This document shows, one piece after another, positions 62,239-64,000 of a stretch of 64,000 nucleotides of DNA. Each line of letters opens with the position of its first letter. The stretch's first letter is position 1. The position numbers were made by a program, and so were the translations under genes. Origin of the DNA: a virus; IMG/VR virus record IMGVR_UViG_3300025769_000006; one strand, written 5' to 3'. The notes under the pieces are model-generated. The model ran no database searches, was not told the origin of the DNA, and saw nothing but the letters and a program-made list of their open reading frames with translations.

Positions 62239-62550
62239 ATGGCAAGTATAATTAAAGCAAGTATCAATTTAAGCAATATTGATAAATCAAAAGTTATTGA
62301 AGGTAAAAAAGGTAAATATCTTCCTATAGTAATAACTTTAAATGATGACGTAGATCAATTTGGAAACCAAGGACCAATTGTTATAAGTCAAACAAAAGAA
62401 GAAAGAGAAAGTAAAGCAGCTAAAACTTATTTAGGTAATGTTCAAGTAGTTTGGACAAATGGAGAAAATGTTGCCGCTGCACCTAGAGCAGATCAACCTA
62501 AAGCCGCTGAATTTGTAGCTGAAGCAGGCGATGATGATCTACCGTTTTAA
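62239..62550 (+). CDS. Small ssDNA-binding-type protein with an SSB-like acidic tail
   Basis: 103 aa ending in EAGDDDLPF, the counterpart of the bacterial SSB DDDIPF tip. It sits in the recombination module. Confidence 0.6.
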   Translation: MASIIKASINLSNIDKSKVIEGKKGKYLPIVITLNDDVDQFGNQGPIVISQTKEERESKAAKTYLGNVQVVWTNGENVAAAPRADQPKAAEFVAEAGDDDLPF

Positions 62551-62559
62551 TTAAATTAA

Positions 62560-64000
62560 ATGCAAGTAGAAGATAAAGAGATTAATGGATTTTTGATTGA
62601 TGAGTTCAATCAACATGGTCTAGAAGTTGGTAAAACACAAGGCGTATGTCCTGATTCTACCAAATGTAGACAACCCAAGAACCACAAGAAAAAATGTGCT
62701 TCATATGATTGGGAACGTGGTCTCGGTACTTGCCACAACTGTAATAAATCATTTCAATTACACACTTATCAGCGTAAAGGTAAAGCTGAAAAAGAATACG
62801 TAAAACCACCAGGTCCTCCTAATTCTAAAGAATATCCTGAGTTTTTAAGTGATAAAGTAATTGAATGGTTTAAAGCAAGAGGCATAGGAACTCAAACTTT
62901 AATTGATTTAGAAATTAGCGAAGGTCCTGAGTATATGCCACAAACCGGTAAAACCGAGAATGTAATAAAGTTTAATTATTTTATGGGCGGTGAATTAACT
63001 AATATTAAATACCGCGATGGAAGAAAAAACTTTAAATTATATAAGGGTGCTGAAAAAGTGTTCTACAATATAGACAGCATAGTAGGCTATGAGTATTGCG
63101 TTATAGTTGAAGGTGAAATGGACGTGCTAGCCTTACATGAAGCAGGTATTGAAAATGCAATATCTGTTCCTAATGGTGCTACACTTAATACTAACAATTT
63201 AGATTATTTAGACAATTGTATAGATTATTTCGAAGACAAAGAAAAAGTTATTTTAGCAGTAGATTCAGACGAAGCTGGTCAAGCATTACAAGCTGAATTA
63301 ATTAGAAGGCTAGGATCTGAGGTTTGTTATTTAGCTACATTTGATGATTGTAAAGATGCTAATGAATATTTAATAAAGTATGGAACAGAAAAACTGGCAG
63401 AGCGTATTGGCAGGTCAAAACCGGTACCACTTGAAAATGTCACGACATTTAGGGACATTGAAGACGAAGTCACGGACTTTGTTCGTAACGGGTTTAAACC
63501 TGGATATCAAATTGGTCTTCAGAATTTTGATGACATCTTTTCAACTTATACTGGTCAATTTATTACTGTTACTGGTATTCCGTCTAGCGGGAAGTCAGAT
63601 TTCGTCGATCAAATGGTTGTTGGATATAACCAAAACTATGGCTGGAAAACGGCGTTCGCTAGTCCGGAAAATGTACCGACATACCTTCACGCACACAAGT
63701 TAATGCGAAAAGTTTGGCAAGGTATGCCTTCGTCTTCAGATATCGGCGGTAGCAAATGGAATCAAGTTGCAGATCACTGTAATACAAATTTTTTTCACAT
63801 TGATATGGAGCGTTATACTTTAGAATCTGTATTAAAGAAAGGTGCTGAGCTAGTTAAACGTAAAGGTATTAAATGTTTAGTTATTGATCCTTTTAATAAA
63901 GTTAGAGACGTTGACTGTAAAACTGAAGATGTTAATCGTTATACAATGGAATACTTAACTAAAATAGAAACATTCGCAAAGAAGTTTGATGTATTAGTAT
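62560..64000 (+). CDS. Bifunctional primase-helicase (T7 gp4-like), 3'-truncated by the window end
   Basis: Hand translation gives a zinc finger (CPDSTKC...CHNC), TOPRIM motifs (CVIVEGEMDVLAL, LAVDSDEAGQ) and a DnaB-type Walker A (VTGIPSSGKS). There is no stop before 64000, which is why it is absent from the ORF track. Confidence 0.85.
   Translation, partial: MQVEDKEINGFLIDEFNQHGLEVGKTQGVCPDSTKCRQPKNHKKKCASYDWERGLGTCHNCNKSFQLHTYQRKGKAEKEYVKPPGPPNSKEYPEFLSDKVIEWFKARGIGTQTLIDLEISEGPEYMPQTGKTENVIKFNYFMGGELTNIKYRDGRKNFKLYKGAEKVFYNIDSIVGYEYCVIVEGEMDVLALHEAGIENAISVPNGATLNTNNLDYLDNCIDYFEDKEKVILAVDSDEAGQALQAELIRRLGSEVCYLATFDDCKDANEYLIKYGTEKLAERIGRSKPVPLENVTTFRDIEDEVTDFVRNGFKPGYQIGLQNFDDIFSTYTGQFITVTGIPSSGKSDFVDQMVVGYNQNYGWKTAFASPENVPTYLHAHKLMRKVWQGMPSSSDIGGSKWNQVADHCNTNFFHIDMERYTLESVLKKGAELVKRKGIKCLVIDPFNKVRDVDCKTEDVNRYTMEYLTKIETFAKKFDVLV

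Noticed and set aside
63471-63481. CACGGACTTTG inside the primase-helicase coding region, matching the upstream half of the promoter-like motif.
   Set aside because: There is no GATAATATA at +25 (the sequence there is AAACCTGGA). It is most simply a chance or coding-driven match.
1-64000. CRISPR arrays, integrase/recombinase genes, transposases, lysogeny repressors and stop-codon reassignment.
   Set aside because: No spacer-repeat arrays or integrase or transposase motifs were seen. Very long ORFs (up to 2453 aa) read through under the standard code, so nothing suggests recoding or a temperate lifestyle within this window.

Overview
This window looks like part of the genome of a lytic, tailed dsDNA phage. 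It is visibly AT-rich, and gene starts lack Shine-Dalgarno sequences and sit behind A/C-rich leaders, which suggests a Bacteroidota (Flavobacteriia-type) host. That host call is an inference, not a database match.

Layout:
- 1-5673 (+): nucleotide-metabolism module. It holds a T4 gp42-like ThyA-fold hydroxymethylase, MazG-like pyrophosphatases, a PD-(D/E)XK nuclease and class I ribonucleotide reductase nrdB/nrdA. It ends at a bidirectional terminator near 5760.
- 5816-51154 (-): one almost gap-free late block of about 45 kb. In transcription order it carries tail fibres (collagen-like, YadA-head-like and FLRGDGTW-repeat types), a GroEL+GroES pair, a run of small lysine-rich proteins sharing an SP[ILV]K motif, two HExxH proteins, a 3TM holin-like protein, large terminase, portal, scaffold, major capsid, large tail proteins (one with a FISUMP domain), a 2453-aa giant virion protein, an M15 endolysin and a small membrane protein.
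- 51155-51556: divergent control region.
- 51557-64000 (+): many small early genes, two sigma-70-family factors, an ERF / RecE-like exonuclease / mini-SSB recombination module and a T7 gp4-like primase-helicase that runs off the window.

Most notable observations:
- A bipartite motif, CACGGA-N19-GATAATATA, occurs nine times with identical spacing upstream of + strand gene groups.
- A structured non-coding locus of about 430 nt carries two non-canonical tRNA-like modules. One has alanine/tmRNA-type identity elements.
- The GroEL-GroES pair is phage-encoded and in reversed gene order.
- The ThyA-fold enzyme has Asp at the base-specificity position, which suggests modified cytosine.
- A translationally coupled cluster of SP[ILV]K-motif basic proteins.

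All functional calls come from reading motifs by eye. No searches were run.
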